A stretch of 64,000 bases of DNA from Candidatus Omnitrophota bacterium (GTDB lineage Bacteria > Omnitrophota > Gorgyraeia > Zapsychrales > Fredricksoniimonadaceae): positions 111,805 to 175,804 of the forward strand of contig CAIOPG010000009.1 of the NCBI GenBank assembly GCA_903860135.1. The letters are read 5' to 3'. The notes beneath the pieces are model-generated. The model worked only from the letters and a program-made list of their open reading frames with translations. It did no database searches and was not told the DNA's origin. Position numbers and translations under genes: made by a program. Every line of letters starts with the position of its first letter. Position 1 is the first letter of the stretch. Below are positions 10,005 through 20,091 of this stretch, piece after piece.

Positions 10005-11195
10005 TCACTTCTTTGAAATGAACTTTGGCATTGCCCGCCGCATAAACTCATCAAAGAGTGGAACTGTGAATGCCACATCACCATATGTTGGACTATAAAT
10101 CATCCCTTTATTGATCAAATTCGCGCGTGTTGGCCCAATGCTGTTTAACTTAACACCTAAGATATCTGCAATATCTCCCGTCCGCTGAACATCCGCGCCT
10201 AAATGAGCCATGGCCCGAAGATATTCTTTTTCTCGTGGAGTAAGCCGATCAAAACGAACACGAAAGAAATTCTCATCCAATCGTTTTATAACGGTTGCTG
10301 TGGCTTTCTGGACATCCAATAAAGAGATCGAGGATTTCTCTGCATAATTCCAAGACTGGTAGCCCCATTCCTGAATAAAATATGGATACCCTTGTGTTAA
10401 CCGAATGATTTCTTTGATGGCATCGCCAGAAAACTTAACGCCGGCACGCACAACCGGATCTTGAAGTGCTTTCGTCGCATCAGAAGATGAGAGCGGCCCT
10501 ATTTCAGGAAATTCAAAAAGCCGTTCGGCATACGATTTAGACTCACCCGCAAGCCTTGTCAATATAGGAAGTCCAGCAGCTAATAAAACCAAAGGCAATT
10601 GCCTCTGTTGCATTTTATGCATCGCCATTATTAAAGCACTTAATTCTTTCTCAGACAGATACTGAATCTCATCAATTAACAACGCCACTGCCGTCCCTCG
10701 ATCCTGGGCGGCTTCAGCCACAGCAATAAATAGATTTGAAAGATCAGCTTCCAGATCGCCACTGTCGGCCGTACCTCGCTCTGGTTCAATATCAAGACCA
10801 AATTCAATGTCCGCAACTTTAACCTTTATGGCACTTATAAAACTTCTAAGCACCCCGAGACCGCGACGAACCTTTGCGCTCGCCCCCTTCTCTCGATCCA
10901 GTTCAAAAAGTAACCGCCGCAAATGAGGTGTCAATAATGCGGCCAAACCTTTATCTTCATGCGCTTCCAGCGTGATCGTATGATAAGCGGAATTTCTTGC
11001 TAATCTCTCGACCTCATTGAGAAGAACTGTTTTTCCCACTCCCCTCAATCCAACAAAAAGCAAACTCTTCTCGGAACGGCGTTGACGCACTCGCCCTAAA
11101 AGAACTTTAGATTTCTCGATTATTTGATCGCGACCAACTAATTCAGGAGGTGGTGAACCAGCTCCTGGTGAAAATGGATTTGCAATATGATCCAT
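10005..11195 (-). CDS. AAA/STAND-like ATP-binding protein with C-terminal winged helix
   Basis: NPFSPGAG N-terminus, Walker A GLRGVGKT, Walker B LLIDEIQ, GYPYFIQ, C-terminal HTH-like region; GGAGG RBS before ATG 11195. Confidence 0.8.
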   Translation of the reverse strand: MDHIANPFSPGAGSPPPELVGRDQIIEKSKVLLGRVRQRRSEKSLLFVGLRGVGKTVLLNEVERLARNSAYHTITLEAHEDKGLAALLTPHLRRLLFELDREKGASAKVRRGLGVLRSFISAIKVKVADIEFGLDIEPERGTADSGDLEADLSNLFIAVAEAAQDRGTAVALLIDEIQYLSEKELSALIMAMHKMQQRQLPLVLLAAGLPILTRLAGESKSYAERLFEFPEIGPLSSSDATKALQDPVVRAGVKFSGDAIKEIIRLTQGYPYFIQEWGYQSWNYAEKSSISLLDVQKATATVIKRLDENFFRVRFDRLTPREKEYLRAMAHLGADVQRTGDIADILGVKLNSIGPTRANLINKGMIYSPTYGDVAFTVPLFDEFMRRAMPKFISKK

Positions 11196-11209
11196 ACAAT
11201 CCTCCAAAT

Positions 11210-11274
11210 GTTATAGCAAGTTATACATAGTTATAGCATAATTATCGTATAACTACAAATAACTTAGTATAACT
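11210..11274. promoter_or_regulatory. Phased inverted array of GTTATA boxes (putative operator)
   Basis: GTTATA at 11210, 11220, 11230; inverse TATAAC/AATAAC/TATAAC at 11248, 11258, 11268. Dyad centred at about 11241.5. Confidence 0.65.
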
Positions 11275-13538
11275 CAAATATCACGACAAGCCCGCTGATC
11301 CTGATTACCAACCTTATCTATCCCAAAGCGCGTATACACATACGAAACCCCCAGGAACAATACACCGAGCACGATCAGGGTGATAATCTTGAAAATGATA
11401 TCCAGCCCTGACAATTCGATCAGCACCACGCGTCCCAGCGTCAGTGCCAACAATAGCATGCCGCCCATCCGTTCGGTCTTGTTGCCGGTAAAGAAACCCG
11501 CAAGGATGACAACAACACTGGCAACCCCAAGGCCCAGCGATATCAACGACGGGGCAACATACTGGTGCACGGCAATAACAAGAACAATAAGTCCAGCGAA
11601 GAACGCTACTTCAGCTTCCTTCTCAAGAAAGGGAACGCTTGTTGGCCGAGTGGTGATCCTTTTGATCAAATAATAAAAAACAAATAGCGCTGCAACATCA
11701 CAACTCACAATGAACCAACCCAGGAACATATTGTACGGGGCAATATGATCAAACAGCAACACAACCGCCCCGAGTGCCATAGCCAGCCAGGCATAAGCCC
11801 TGAATCGCCTTAGATCAAGGACAAAACTTAATACCAATAGCACCAAGCCCGCGACAGATAAAGCAAATGCCACCCATGGCTCACGCACGAACGTACTCAC
11901 CCATAAGGTCGCATACATCACAGCCGCCAATGAAAAAAGCTGATCGAACAGATGATCAACCCCATCAGGCGTTGCCGCTTGCTTCATGCGCTGCAGCCAG
12001 TAGAAACATACCCCGGCAGAAACCGCCGCCAGAAAATAAATGCATCCATACCAGCTCCACACGATCCCCAGGAAATGAATATACGACGGGTACTCCAACC
12101 CGAGCAACACTATCTTTAAAGCTGTGCCGACCGCCAGGGCATACGCCAGATAACGGTATACCCGCTCCTTGCCATACACCCCGACGAACAATAAGAACGG
12201 GATCTCGATCAACCATAACGTCAAGGCCGTGGTCGGCAAAAATTTTATCGCAATGGCCAATGTCATGGCACTCACAGCGGCCACAATATCGCTGATAAAC
12301 ATTTTCTCCTGTTTTTGTTGCTTCATCCACAAGGCCAACAACCAATAGACCAATCCAGTACCAAGAAAGAATACAAACATCTGATCATGGAACAGATGGA
12401 TTAGTCTATAGGAAAGAAGGCTGTATAGGACAATATTCCTCAAATTCGTAGCCGCGACAACACGCTCTTTCACGGGATCAGTGCTCACTTTTATCAGATG
12501 AACGCCGGCAAGAAAGACAGCCCCATATGCCGTCAGGAATGTAAGGTTCAATAAATTTTGTTCGTGCGATGAAAAAAGCTGAGGCGTTACCCACATGCCA
12601 TGGATGCCATAGGTCACGATGACCCCCAAGGCAAGGATGTTGACCCACTGAAACTTATAAACCATGAACAATATGATAGCCGCCAGCAACAATAAACTGA
12701 CAAGCGTAAACGGTGTGACACTGCCGACAGTCAACGTCAAATACGCCACACCAACAACAACCGCCATCATTGACTCTGATCTATAACGTACGCCATGAAC
12801 CATCATGCCCGCGACAACCACGGCCAGCAGGAACGAATTTATCCCCTCACTGGCCAATATCCTTGATGCTTCAAAATGATGCATCGCGTAGGTCGTAAAA
12901 TATATGATCGCCCAGGCACCGCCCAAAAGAACCCGTCCATACGCCATGAACTTCTCCTTAGATTCCAGCCGGAGTCCGACGAAGAATAGGGCAACCCCGA
13001 CCAGATACCCGAAAGCAACCCGCACGAATGGCCCAAAATATTGGAACGAATAACTGATCAGAAACGCCACGCCCAGCGCCAGGATCGCGATCCCGATCTT
13101 GTTCAACCAGTTGCGCCCGAAATCCAGTTCCATATCAGCGGGCCTGACAGGATTTTCATCGGCAACGGCAATCTCTTCAGGCAAGCTCTCCTTAACACTA
13201 ACAACATCATTGCGGGCATCAAATGCCTGAATGGCCGTGCCTCCTTCCGCAAGTTTGCCCATCAACATTTCCAGATTCTTCGCCCTTGCCTCGAGCGCGC
13301 CCAATGATCGTTGCAATTCCCCCAGCTGACGTCGGGCATCGTGAAGATCATGGGCTCCCGGCACTGCAACATCCAACGGATCTTTCTTTGATGGAAGCAC
13401 GAGCGCTATAAGCACAGCCAACGGACCTGTAAAAACCGCCAAGGCAAAGAATAGCCAAGCCCCAAGTTTCTTCTGATCGGCAAGGTACAGCGTGGCGATA
13501 ATGGATATACACCAAATCGATGTAAAGAAGCTATGCAT
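11274..13538 (-). CDS. DUF2339-like polytopic membrane protein
   Basis: ELDFGRNWLNKIGIAILALGVAFLI motif, short coiled coil, many TM helices, C-terminal IITLIVLGVLFLGVSYVY. Confidence 0.75.
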   Translation of the reverse strand: MHSFFTSIWCISIIATLYLADQKKLGAWLFFALAVFTGPLAVLIALVLPSKKDPLDVAVPGAHDLHDARRQLGELQRSLGALEARAKNLEMLMGKLAEGGTAIQAFDARNDVVSVKESLPEEIAVADENPVRPADMELDFGRNWLNKIGIAILALGVAFLISYSFQYFGPFVRVAFGYLVGVALFFVGLRLESKEKFMAYGRVLLGGAWAIIYFTTYAMHHFEASRILASEGINSFLLAVVVAGMMVHGVRYRSESMMAVVVGVAYLTLTVGSVTPFTLVSLLLLAAIILFMVYKFQWVNILALGVIVTYGIHGMWVTPQLFSSHEQNLLNLTFLTAYGAVFLAGVHLIKVSTDPVKERVVAATNLRNIVLYSLLSYRLIHLFHDQMFVFFLGTGLVYWLLALWMKQQKQEKMFISDIVAAVSAMTLAIAIKFLPTTALTLWLIEIPFLLFVGVYGKERVYRYLAYALAVGTALKIVLLGLEYPSYIHFLGIVWSWYGCIYFLAAVSAGVCFYWLQRMKQAATPDGVDHLFDQLFSLAAVMYATLWVSTFVREPWVAFALSVAGLVLLVLSFVLDLRRFRAYAWLAMALGAVVLLFDHIAPYNMFLGWFIVSCDVAALFVFYYLIKRITTRPTSVPFLEKEAEVAFFAGLIVLVIAVHQYVAPSLISLGLGVASVVVILAGFFTGNKTERMGGMLLLALTLGRVVLIELSGLDIIFKIITLIVLGVLFLGVSYVYTRFGIDKVGNQDQRACRDI

Positions 13539-13552
13539 AAAAACACCTTTCG

Positions 13553-14284
13553 TTATAAGGTTTCTTTAAACCACGCCCAACACACCCCCATAAACTTCTC
13601 CGGTGCCTGGTCGAACATCGTCTCGGCATGACCCAATTTCTCGAGGATCACGAGCTTCTTGGGCTCCCTGGCCTGTGCAAATAATTTCCGGCTGTGCGCG
13701 GCGTTGATAAGCCAGTCATCGGCCCCATGCACAAACAAAACTGGCCGGGGAGCAATGCGCGCAACAACGTCGATGGGGGCTGTCTTGGGTTCCCATGGAT
13801 GCCCCGGACGAACCCCTTTGCCCCGTGCTTTATGTCCCATATTCAACTTTAAATCATCAAGCATTCCAGGTTTCCAGAACTGATAATCAATCTTCCAGAA
13901 ATCATACGGAGCGCTCACCGCGATCAGGGTTTTGATGTCAGGATTTTGTGCCGTTTCCAGCAGACTGATCGCGGCTCCCAACGAAAACCCCATCAAGCCG
14001 ATCGCCTCATACCCGCAGGTTTTCACATGATCGATCACGGCTTTTAAATCCGCGCATTCCCGGGATGTCCATGTGAAAAGCCCCGAACTTTTTCCATGCC
14101 CGCGGAAATCAAAAGCCACGACATCGTAATGAACAGCCAGGGCGTTAGCCATCGCACGAAAAAGATAGGCGTCTTTGGTATTGAAGAACCCATGTGCCAG
14201 GATAACCACCTTGTGGAACCCCTGCGCATGATGCACGGCTTCAATGCGATGTCCATCCTGGGTTTTTAACGTCACCTCACGCAT
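13553..14284 (-). CDS. Alpha/beta-fold hydrolase
   Basis: HGF, DFRGHGKS, nucleophile elbow GFSLG, HGADD, GH. Confidence 0.9.
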   Translation of the reverse strand: MREVTLKTQDGHRIEAVHHAQGFHKVVILAHGFFNTKDAYLFRAMANALAVHYDVVAFDFRGHGKSSGLFTWTSRECADLKAVIDHVKTCGYEAIGLMGFSLGAAISLLETAQNPDIKTLIAVSAPYDFWKIDYQFWKPGMLDDLKLNMGHKARGKGVRPGHPWEPKTAPIDVVARIAPRPVLFVHGADDWLINAAHSRKLFAQAREPKKLVILEKLGHAETMFDQAPEKFMGVCWAWFKETL

Positions 14285-17200
14285 CAGTCTTACCTTTACT
14301 GGCTGCGGTCAATTCCTGGGCCAAAGCCTTGATGCGCTTTAAATCCGTCTTGCCCGTCCCCAAAACAGGGATCGCCTCAATGCGGTAAAAGTTATCTTTC
14401 TTGGGTATCCATAAATTGGGGATCCCTTTGCTGACCAGCGACGCGCATACTGCCTCAACATCCATATCAACCGTATGCACCACGACCAGCTTCTCGCCTT
14501 TCTTCTCATCGGCCACAGCGGTGACGGCCACCACCGGATCCGTCGCCCCGATCGCTTCCATGATATTTTCTTCAACCTTAATATGCGGCACCATCTCACC
14601 GCCGATCTTGCTGAAACGGCTCAGGCGGTCGGTGATCTTGATAAACCCGTCTGCGTCGATCGTGGCAATATCGCCGGTGATATACCAGCCATCCTTGAGG
14701 ACCTCAGCTGTTTTCCCGGGATTATTCAAATATCCCTTCATCACATTAGCGCCTTTAACCAAAAGCAACCCATCCTGATCCGGCCCCTTGAGTTCAAAGG
14801 TATCCGGGTCGACCACCTTGGCCGCTACTCCTGGGATAGGATGCCCTACTTTGCCGAACTTGTGGCCGGTCTGTGTGGCGTCAGCTCCTCCCTTATAATG
14901 CGGAAACCCGACGGTCACAATCGGCGACAGTTCGGTTGCGCCATAGCCTTCGAACGGAACAAACCCAAACTTTTCCTGAAAAGCCTGCGCCAATGGCTCT
15001 TTCAGTTTCTCGGCGCCGACAACGGCCATGCGCACGGTAGCAAACTGTTCTTTTGTGCATTTCTTGACATACGCTGACAAGAAGGTCGGCGTTCCCATCA
15101 GGATCGTCCCTTTGTATTTTAAGGCCAGTTTGCCGATGGTACCGGCATCGAGCGGATTGGTGTGGTAAACAACACCGACAGCCGTGCCGACGGGGAAACA
15201 CAGGGTCGCGGTGAATCCAAAAGAATGGAAAAATGGCAATGCCGCCACCACCACATCGTTCTTCTGTATATTAAAAACCTGATACAACCCTTCGATATTG
15301 GAAAAAACATTAGCGTGCGTCAATTGAACCCCCTTGGGTTCGCCTGTCGAACCGCTTGAGAATATCACGGTCGCCGTCTCATCCACGTTGAGCTTGTCAC
15401 CGCGCACAAACAGGGCACTCAAGGCCCGGGCAGGCAAGATAAACGCCGCCAAGAAATACAGCCCCGCCGCCATAGGATGGATCCGGACCTTGATATCCTC
15501 CAGAAAGACCATCTCCGGCTTAACGGCAATCCCGGCTTTCTCCACGAAGGCCCGTGACGTGATGATCATCCGCATGGCGCACTGCCTGACACAGGAATCA
15601 AATGCTTCCGCCGAAAGCGTAAAGTTCAGATTAACGGGAATCTTGCCCGCGAATGCCACTGCCAGATTACACATAGCCGCCATGCATGATGACGGTAATA
15701 ATATTCCTACCATATCCGGAGAATCTTTTAACTGACGCACGGGATGAAACAATACCCTCGCCATGGCAACTACCCCGGCAAAAACCTGGGGATATGTCAG
15801 GTGTGTGCCCATCGAGTCTGCCATACAGGATTTGAACGGATGGCGTTTCACTTCGTCGACAAACGCCAGATGCAGTTTCTTGCGCCATGCCCCGCGTAAA
15901 ATGTTTGCCTCCGCTCCGAGCTCCTGCACGGTCAGTCGAACCTCATGCACCTTTGCCGTAGCAGGCATCGCTTTCCCGAAAACAATAGATACCGGATAAA
16001 GTGTAAAACGCGGGATCTTCCAGAAATAACGGCCATGGGCAAACGTATAAATACTACCCCAGATATTATCGAGATACAGCGGGATGATCGGTGCCGTGAG
16101 CCCTTTCATGATGTGTTCAAAACCTTTATTAAACGGCAGCATATTCCCTGTCCGCGTTAAATGCCCTTCAGGGAAAATACATACCAGCTCACCGCTTTCG
16201 ATCGCTTGCCTCGCGGTTAAAAGGGCGGTCATGATGGCTTTGGGACCTTCAGAACTATCGATCGGGATCACCTTAAGGATACGGCAAAAAAGATTGATCA
16301 CCGGAAGTGCATACATCTTGCGATACATGATAAAGCGTACCGGGCGTTTGAGGGCCGCGAGGATCAGGATCGCATCAACATAGGAAATGTGATTGGCAAT
16401 GAGCAGCGCCCCGCCTTCTTCCGGCACATGCGCACTGTTGACCACGCGCAATTTATAGATCGAATGCGCCAACAGCCAATTCACCAGACGCACCAGCGCG
16501 ATGGGTAAGGTCACGACGATATAGATCGTGGCCAAGAGCGCCATCCCCGCGATGATCCAGAAGATCTTGTCCGGACCGATCGCCAGCTGTCCTCCAAAAT
16601 ACCAAAGGAATGCCCCGGCCACCAATGACCCGCACGCTGAAACCATATTAAGCACAGACAGATACTGCCCGCGCTCTGCCGTCGGGCTCCAGCGCTGGAA
16701 GAACGCATTGAGCGGCACGGTATAAAACCCGGCGCAAACGCCGAGGATAAACAACAGGATCATGGCCATATTAAAATGACCGCCCCATCCCAGCAAGAAC
16801 GACATCAGTGTCATCCCTAGGGCACCCAGCGGCACGAGGCCGAGCTCGACTTTCTTTTCCGACGCCGCTCCCGCCCAGACACTCCCGGCGGCAATGCCCA
16901 GGGAAACGGCAACAAGAAGGATGCTGATATGCACCTGGTCAACTGCCAGCACATGCGCCCCGTAAACAAGGATGTTCATCTGAAATACAGCCCCCAGAAA
17001 ACTAAAGAAAGCCAGGGCGATCATCGTCAGGAAAAGCCCCTTGTCTTTGAGTATCCCTGAAAACGCATTGCCCGCACCGGAAAAAAATCCCTGTGGCAAT
17101 GTGTTGATCGGCTGTTCTGCGCGGATCAAGAAACTAACACCAAACCCTACCAAAGCCAGAGCCGCCATCACAAACCCGACACTAAACAAATGCCCTGAAA

Positions 17201-17696
17201 GGATCTTGAACAATAGCCCGCCCGCCGCTGTGCCCAAGATGATCCCGCTAAAAGTACACAACTGAAAATACCCGTTGCCCCGCGAAAGCTCTTCCTCATC
17301 CAACATCTCCGGCAATATCCCCAGCTTGGCCGGGCTGAACAGAGCACTATCGATCATGAACAATAATAATGCCCCACACAAAAACCATAAATCCCCCGTT
17401 GACAAAGCCCATGCGCCCAGGAGTGCCAGCCCGATCTTGACCAGCCCCATCAGAATAATAATGGTGCGCTTGTTGAAACGATCTGATAAATACCCCGCCA
17501 GCGGCGATAATATAATAAAAGGAAGGACATATAAGATCCCGACGATACTGACTGCGGCCGCCGCTTCACCGGCAGACACCAATACCTGAAGGGCATACAA
17601 GGACACCACCACTTTCAACAAGCTGTCCGTGACAGCTCCCAGGAATTGCGCCCCGAGCAGGGCTTTAAACGATACCGACTGGCACGTCTTGTCCAT
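14277..17696 (-). CDS. aas: Lysophospholipid transporter (LplT-like MFS) - acyltransferase - acyl-ACP synthetase fusion
   Basis: N-terminal MFS; PlsC motifs NHISYVD and FPEG; AMP-binding motifs FSSGSTGEPKGV, EGYGATE, GWYITGD; GAGGAG RBS before ATG 17696. Confidence 0.9.
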   Translation of the reverse strand: MDKTCQSVSFKALLGAQFLGAVTDSLLKVVVSLYALQVLVSAGEAAAAVSIVGILYVLPFIILSPLAGYLSDRFNKRTIIILMGLVKIGLALLGAWALSTGDLWFLCGALLLFMIDSALFSPAKLGILPEMLDEEELSRGNGYFQLCTFSGIILGTAAGGLLFKILSGHLFSVGFVMAALALVGFGVSFLIRAEQPINTLPQGFFSGAGNAFSGILKDKGLFLTMIALAFFSFLGAVFQMNILVYGAHVLAVDQVHISILLVAVSLGIAAGSVWAGAASEKKVELGLVPLGALGMTLMSFLLGWGGHFNMAMILLFILGVCAGFYTVPLNAFFQRWSPTAERGQYLSVLNMVSACGSLVAGAFLWYFGGQLAIGPDKIFWIIAGMALLATIYIVVTLPIALVRLVNWLLAHSIYKLRVVNSAHVPEEGGALLIANHISYVDAILILAALKRPVRFIMYRKMYALPVINLFCRILKVIPIDSSEGPKAIMTALLTARQAIESGELVCIFPEGHLTRTGNMLPFNKGFEHIMKGLTAPIIPLYLDNIWGSIYTFAHGRYFWKIPRFTLYPVSIVFGKAMPATAKVHEVRLTVQELGAEANILRGAWRKKLHLAFVDEVKRHPFKSCMADSMGTHLTYPQVFAGVVAMARVLFHPVRQLKDSPDMVGILLPSSCMAAMCNLAVAFAGKIPVNLNFTLSAEAFDSCVRQCAMRMIITSRAFVEKAGIAVKPEMVFLEDIKVRIHPMAAGLYFLAAFILPARALSALFVRGDKLNVDETATVIFSSGSTGEPKGVQLTHANVFSNIEGLYQVFNIQKNDVVVAALPFFHSFGFTATLCFPVGTAVGVVYHTNPLDAGTIGKLALKYKGTILMGTPTFLSAYVKKCTKEQFATVRMAVVGAEKLKEPLAQAFQEKFGFVPFEGYGATELSPIVTVGFPHYKGGADATQTGHKFGKVGHPIPGVAAKVVDPDTFELKGPDQDGLLLVKGANVMKGYLNNPGKTAEVLKDGWYITGDIATIDADGFIKITDRLSRFSKIGGEMVPHIKVEENIMEAIGATDPVVAVTAVADEKKGEKLVVVHTVDMDVEAVCASLVSKGIPNLWIPKKDNFYRIEAIPVLGTGKTDLKRIKALAQELTAASKGKTDA

Positions 17697-17777
17697 GATA
17701 ATCCTCCTCGATAAGCCCCCACATATCTTCGCCATCTCTTCATTCTAACTTGATTATTTTTCCTTAAAAGATATAAA

Positions 17778-17927
17778 CTAAATATGTGCTCGTGACACAT
17801 ATACTGGCACTTGAATATATCCGGCACATGATAATCCCGACAACCCCCGAATATAACATCCCCACCCCAGGATCAACGCTACGGCAACAAACAAACTGAT
17901 CAGCCAGAAATTGATATCAATTTTCAT
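17778..17927 (-). CDS. Small membrane protein (49 aa), unannotated
   Basis: Manual translation MKIDINFWLISLFVAVALILGWGCYIRGLSGLSCAGYIQVPVYVSRAHI; GAGGTG RBS; one TM helix. Confidence 0.5.
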   Translation of the reverse strand: MKIDINFWLISLFVAVALILGWGCYIRGLSGLSCAGYIQVPVYVSRAHI

Positions 17928-17936
17928 GCCACACCT

Positions 17937-18029
17937 CTAAGCTATGGTCACGCCGTATTGAATCATTTTCCCTACCTCAAAAAATCCTGACATATACCAA
18001 TCTTTAACCATCTTTAACAGCCGCCACAT
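17937..18029 (-). CDS. Small protein (30 aa), unannotated
   Basis: Manual translation MWRLLKMVKDWYMSGFFEVGKMIQYGVTIA; AAGGAGG RBS 5 nt upstream. Confidence 0.55.
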   Translation of the reverse strand: MWRLLKMVKDWYMSGFFEVGKMIQYGVTIA

Positions 18030-18118
18030 GACACCCTCCTTAACTAGTCATCTATTGACCTATCAACTATCGAGATAAAAAAATAAAATGATAAAAATGA
18101 TTTGATCGAACTTCTCAA

Positions 18119-18148
18119 AACTTAACACCTAATAGTTGACTTGTCAAC
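18119..18148 (-). promoter_or_regulatory. Sigma70-type promoter with overlapping palindrome
   Basis: TTGACA-17 nt-TAAGTT with extended TG; palindrome GTTGAC-TT-GTCAAC (18135-18148) overlaps the -35. Confidence 0.55.
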
Positions 18149-18195
18149 ATATAAGAATGTGCTACTTATTGACAGGATAAGTATCTTGGATATAT

Positions 18196-20085
18196 TTAAG
18201 GCCTTAATTGATACCAAGCCTGGAACATGATGTAAGTTCCTATTTTCTTCCGATGATCGTTCTTAAATGTCGCGTGTTCCAGGAACATTTGTTTAATATA
18301 AACAGGATCAAATAATCCCTGTTTCTTGAGATAGCCTTCATCAAAAAATTCATTGATCAAACCGCGACAGCGCCTGTCCTGCAACCACTTTGTAAATGGT
18401 ATGGCAAAGCCCTGTTTCCTTCTCTTTAAAATTTTATTGGGCACATATTTTTGCGCAACCGCCTTAAAAAGGCGCTTTTGAAAAATATAATCTGTGGGTA
18501 AATGCCAGGCAAATTCCATTAATTGATGATCAAGATACGGAACCCGTAACTCAAGGGAAGCGGCCATCGAGGCTCTATCGGCTTTGACCAAGAGGTCATC
18601 TGTCAAATAACCATAAATATCCATATATTGGATTTTCTTGAGGACATTGTTAGCTGAAGTCCGACTCAAAATATTTCTATAGTGCTCTTCCAATCCAGCA
18701 GGATCTATCGTTCCAAATATATTTGAAGCGAACAATGACTTTTTTTCTTCCGCCAGAAAAGCCCCCATCCACTTTAAATGACGCGCGCACGGATCTTTCA
18801 AAACCCTTCCGGCGCGTAGAAATTGCCTGGCTTTAAACCCTAATGTAAAATATTCAGAACTGACCGGTAAACAATTACCCAAGACATGGGGAAGGCTTCT
18901 CAATAATGACGCCGGTATAGCCTTAGAACTCTCAAGGAATTTATGGGCCAAATAAGTAGGATACCCCATGAACAACTCATCGCCGCCTTCACCGGACAAG
19001 GCAGTCTTGACGTATTGTCGAACAAAACGGCTCAGGAAGTATGTCGGGAATACTGACATATCCCCTAGCGGCTCATCGAGTTGTCGGGATACCTCGGGAA
19101 AGATCGAAATAAAATCATTCAATGTAAAGACGCGGTGATGATGCTGTGTGCCCAGTGAGCGCGCAACCATATGGGCATATTCGGATTCATCAAAAGTTCG
19201 TTCTTCAAAACCAATAGAAAAAGTATTGCATTTTCCCGATAAGGACCGCATTGCCAAAGCAGCCAGGGTGCTGGAATCAAGCCCACCGCTTAAAAGTACC
19301 CCGACCGGAACATCTGCTGTCAAATGTTCATGGACAGAAGTCTTCAGCAATTGCTCCAAACGTTCACCAGCATCCGGAAAAGAAATAACCCTGGCCTCGG
19401 CCTTTGATCGTCCTAAATCCCAATACCCATGCTCCTCCAGGCCTGACGGGCTGTGGATCAAGAACGTTCCTGGTCTTAATTTATATAGATTTTTGTAGAT
19501 ACAAAAAGGCGCGGGAACATATTCCAGTGAAAAGTACAGATCAAGTGCCTTAAGATCAAGCTCACGACTAATAAAAGGCAAATTCAATAACGGCTTTATT
19601 TCAGAAGCAAAAGCAAAAATGCTCTGGTTATGGAAATAATATAATGGCTTTATCCCGAATCTGTCCCGGGCAACAAACAGGTTCTTCTTTTTGTTATCCC
19701 ACAAAGCAAAAGCAAACATCCCCTTCAGCCGCTCAAGGCACCGCTCACCTATTTCTTCATAAAGATGGACAATGACCTCGATATCCGTTGTTGAATGAAA
19801 CTTGTGGGATCGTTGTTGCAGTTCTGCCCTTAGGGCTGAAGCATTATAAATTTCTCCGTTGCAAACAAGAATTAGCGATCTGTCTTCATTAAAGATTGGC
19901 TGAACACCGGCTGTCGAGAGATCCACAATGCTTAACCTTGTGGCACCAAGGAACAGCCTTTCTTCAACACCGCAATATTCCCCCCTGGCATCAGGCCCTC
20001 GATGCGACAGAGCATCGAGCATCCTGTAACGTATATCCTGCAAATCATCAGGTGCTATGCCTTTAACACCACAAATACCACACAT
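18196..20085 (-). CDS. asnB: Asparagine synthase (glutamine-hydrolysing)-family amidotransferase
   Basis: MCGICG Ntn cysteine, HRGPD, NGEIYN, RDRFGIKPLYY, LSGGLDSS, SGEGGDELF. Confidence 0.92.
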   Translation of the reverse strand: MCGICGVKGIAPDDLQDIRYRMLDALSHRGPDARGEYCGVEERLFLGATRLSIVDLSTAGVQPIFNEDRSLILVCNGEIYNASALRAELQQRSHKFHSTTDIEVIVHLYEEIGERCLERLKGMFAFALWDNKKKNLFVARDRFGIKPLYYFHNQSIFAFASEIKPLLNLPFISRELDLKALDLYFSLEYVPAPFCIYKNLYKLRPGTFLIHSPSGLEEHGYWDLGRSKAEARVISFPDAGERLEQLLKTSVHEHLTADVPVGVLLSGGLDSSTLAALAMRSLSGKCNTFSIGFEERTFDESEYAHMVARSLGTQHHHRVFTLNDFISIFPEVSRQLDEPLGDMSVFPTYFLSRFVRQYVKTALSGEGGDELFMGYPTYLAHKFLESSKAIPASLLRSLPHVLGNCLPVSSEYFTLGFKARQFLRAGRVLKDPCARHLKWMGAFLAEEKKSLFASNIFGTIDPAGLEEHYRNILSRTSANNVLKKIQYMDIYGYLTDDLLVKADRASMAASLELRVPYLDHQLMEFAWHLPTDYIFQKRLFKAVAQKYVPNKILKRRKQGFAIPFTKWLQDRRCRGLINEFFDEGYLKKQGLFDPVYIKQMFLEHATFKNDHRKKIGTYIMFQAWYQLRP

Positions 20086-20091
20086 AAGACT

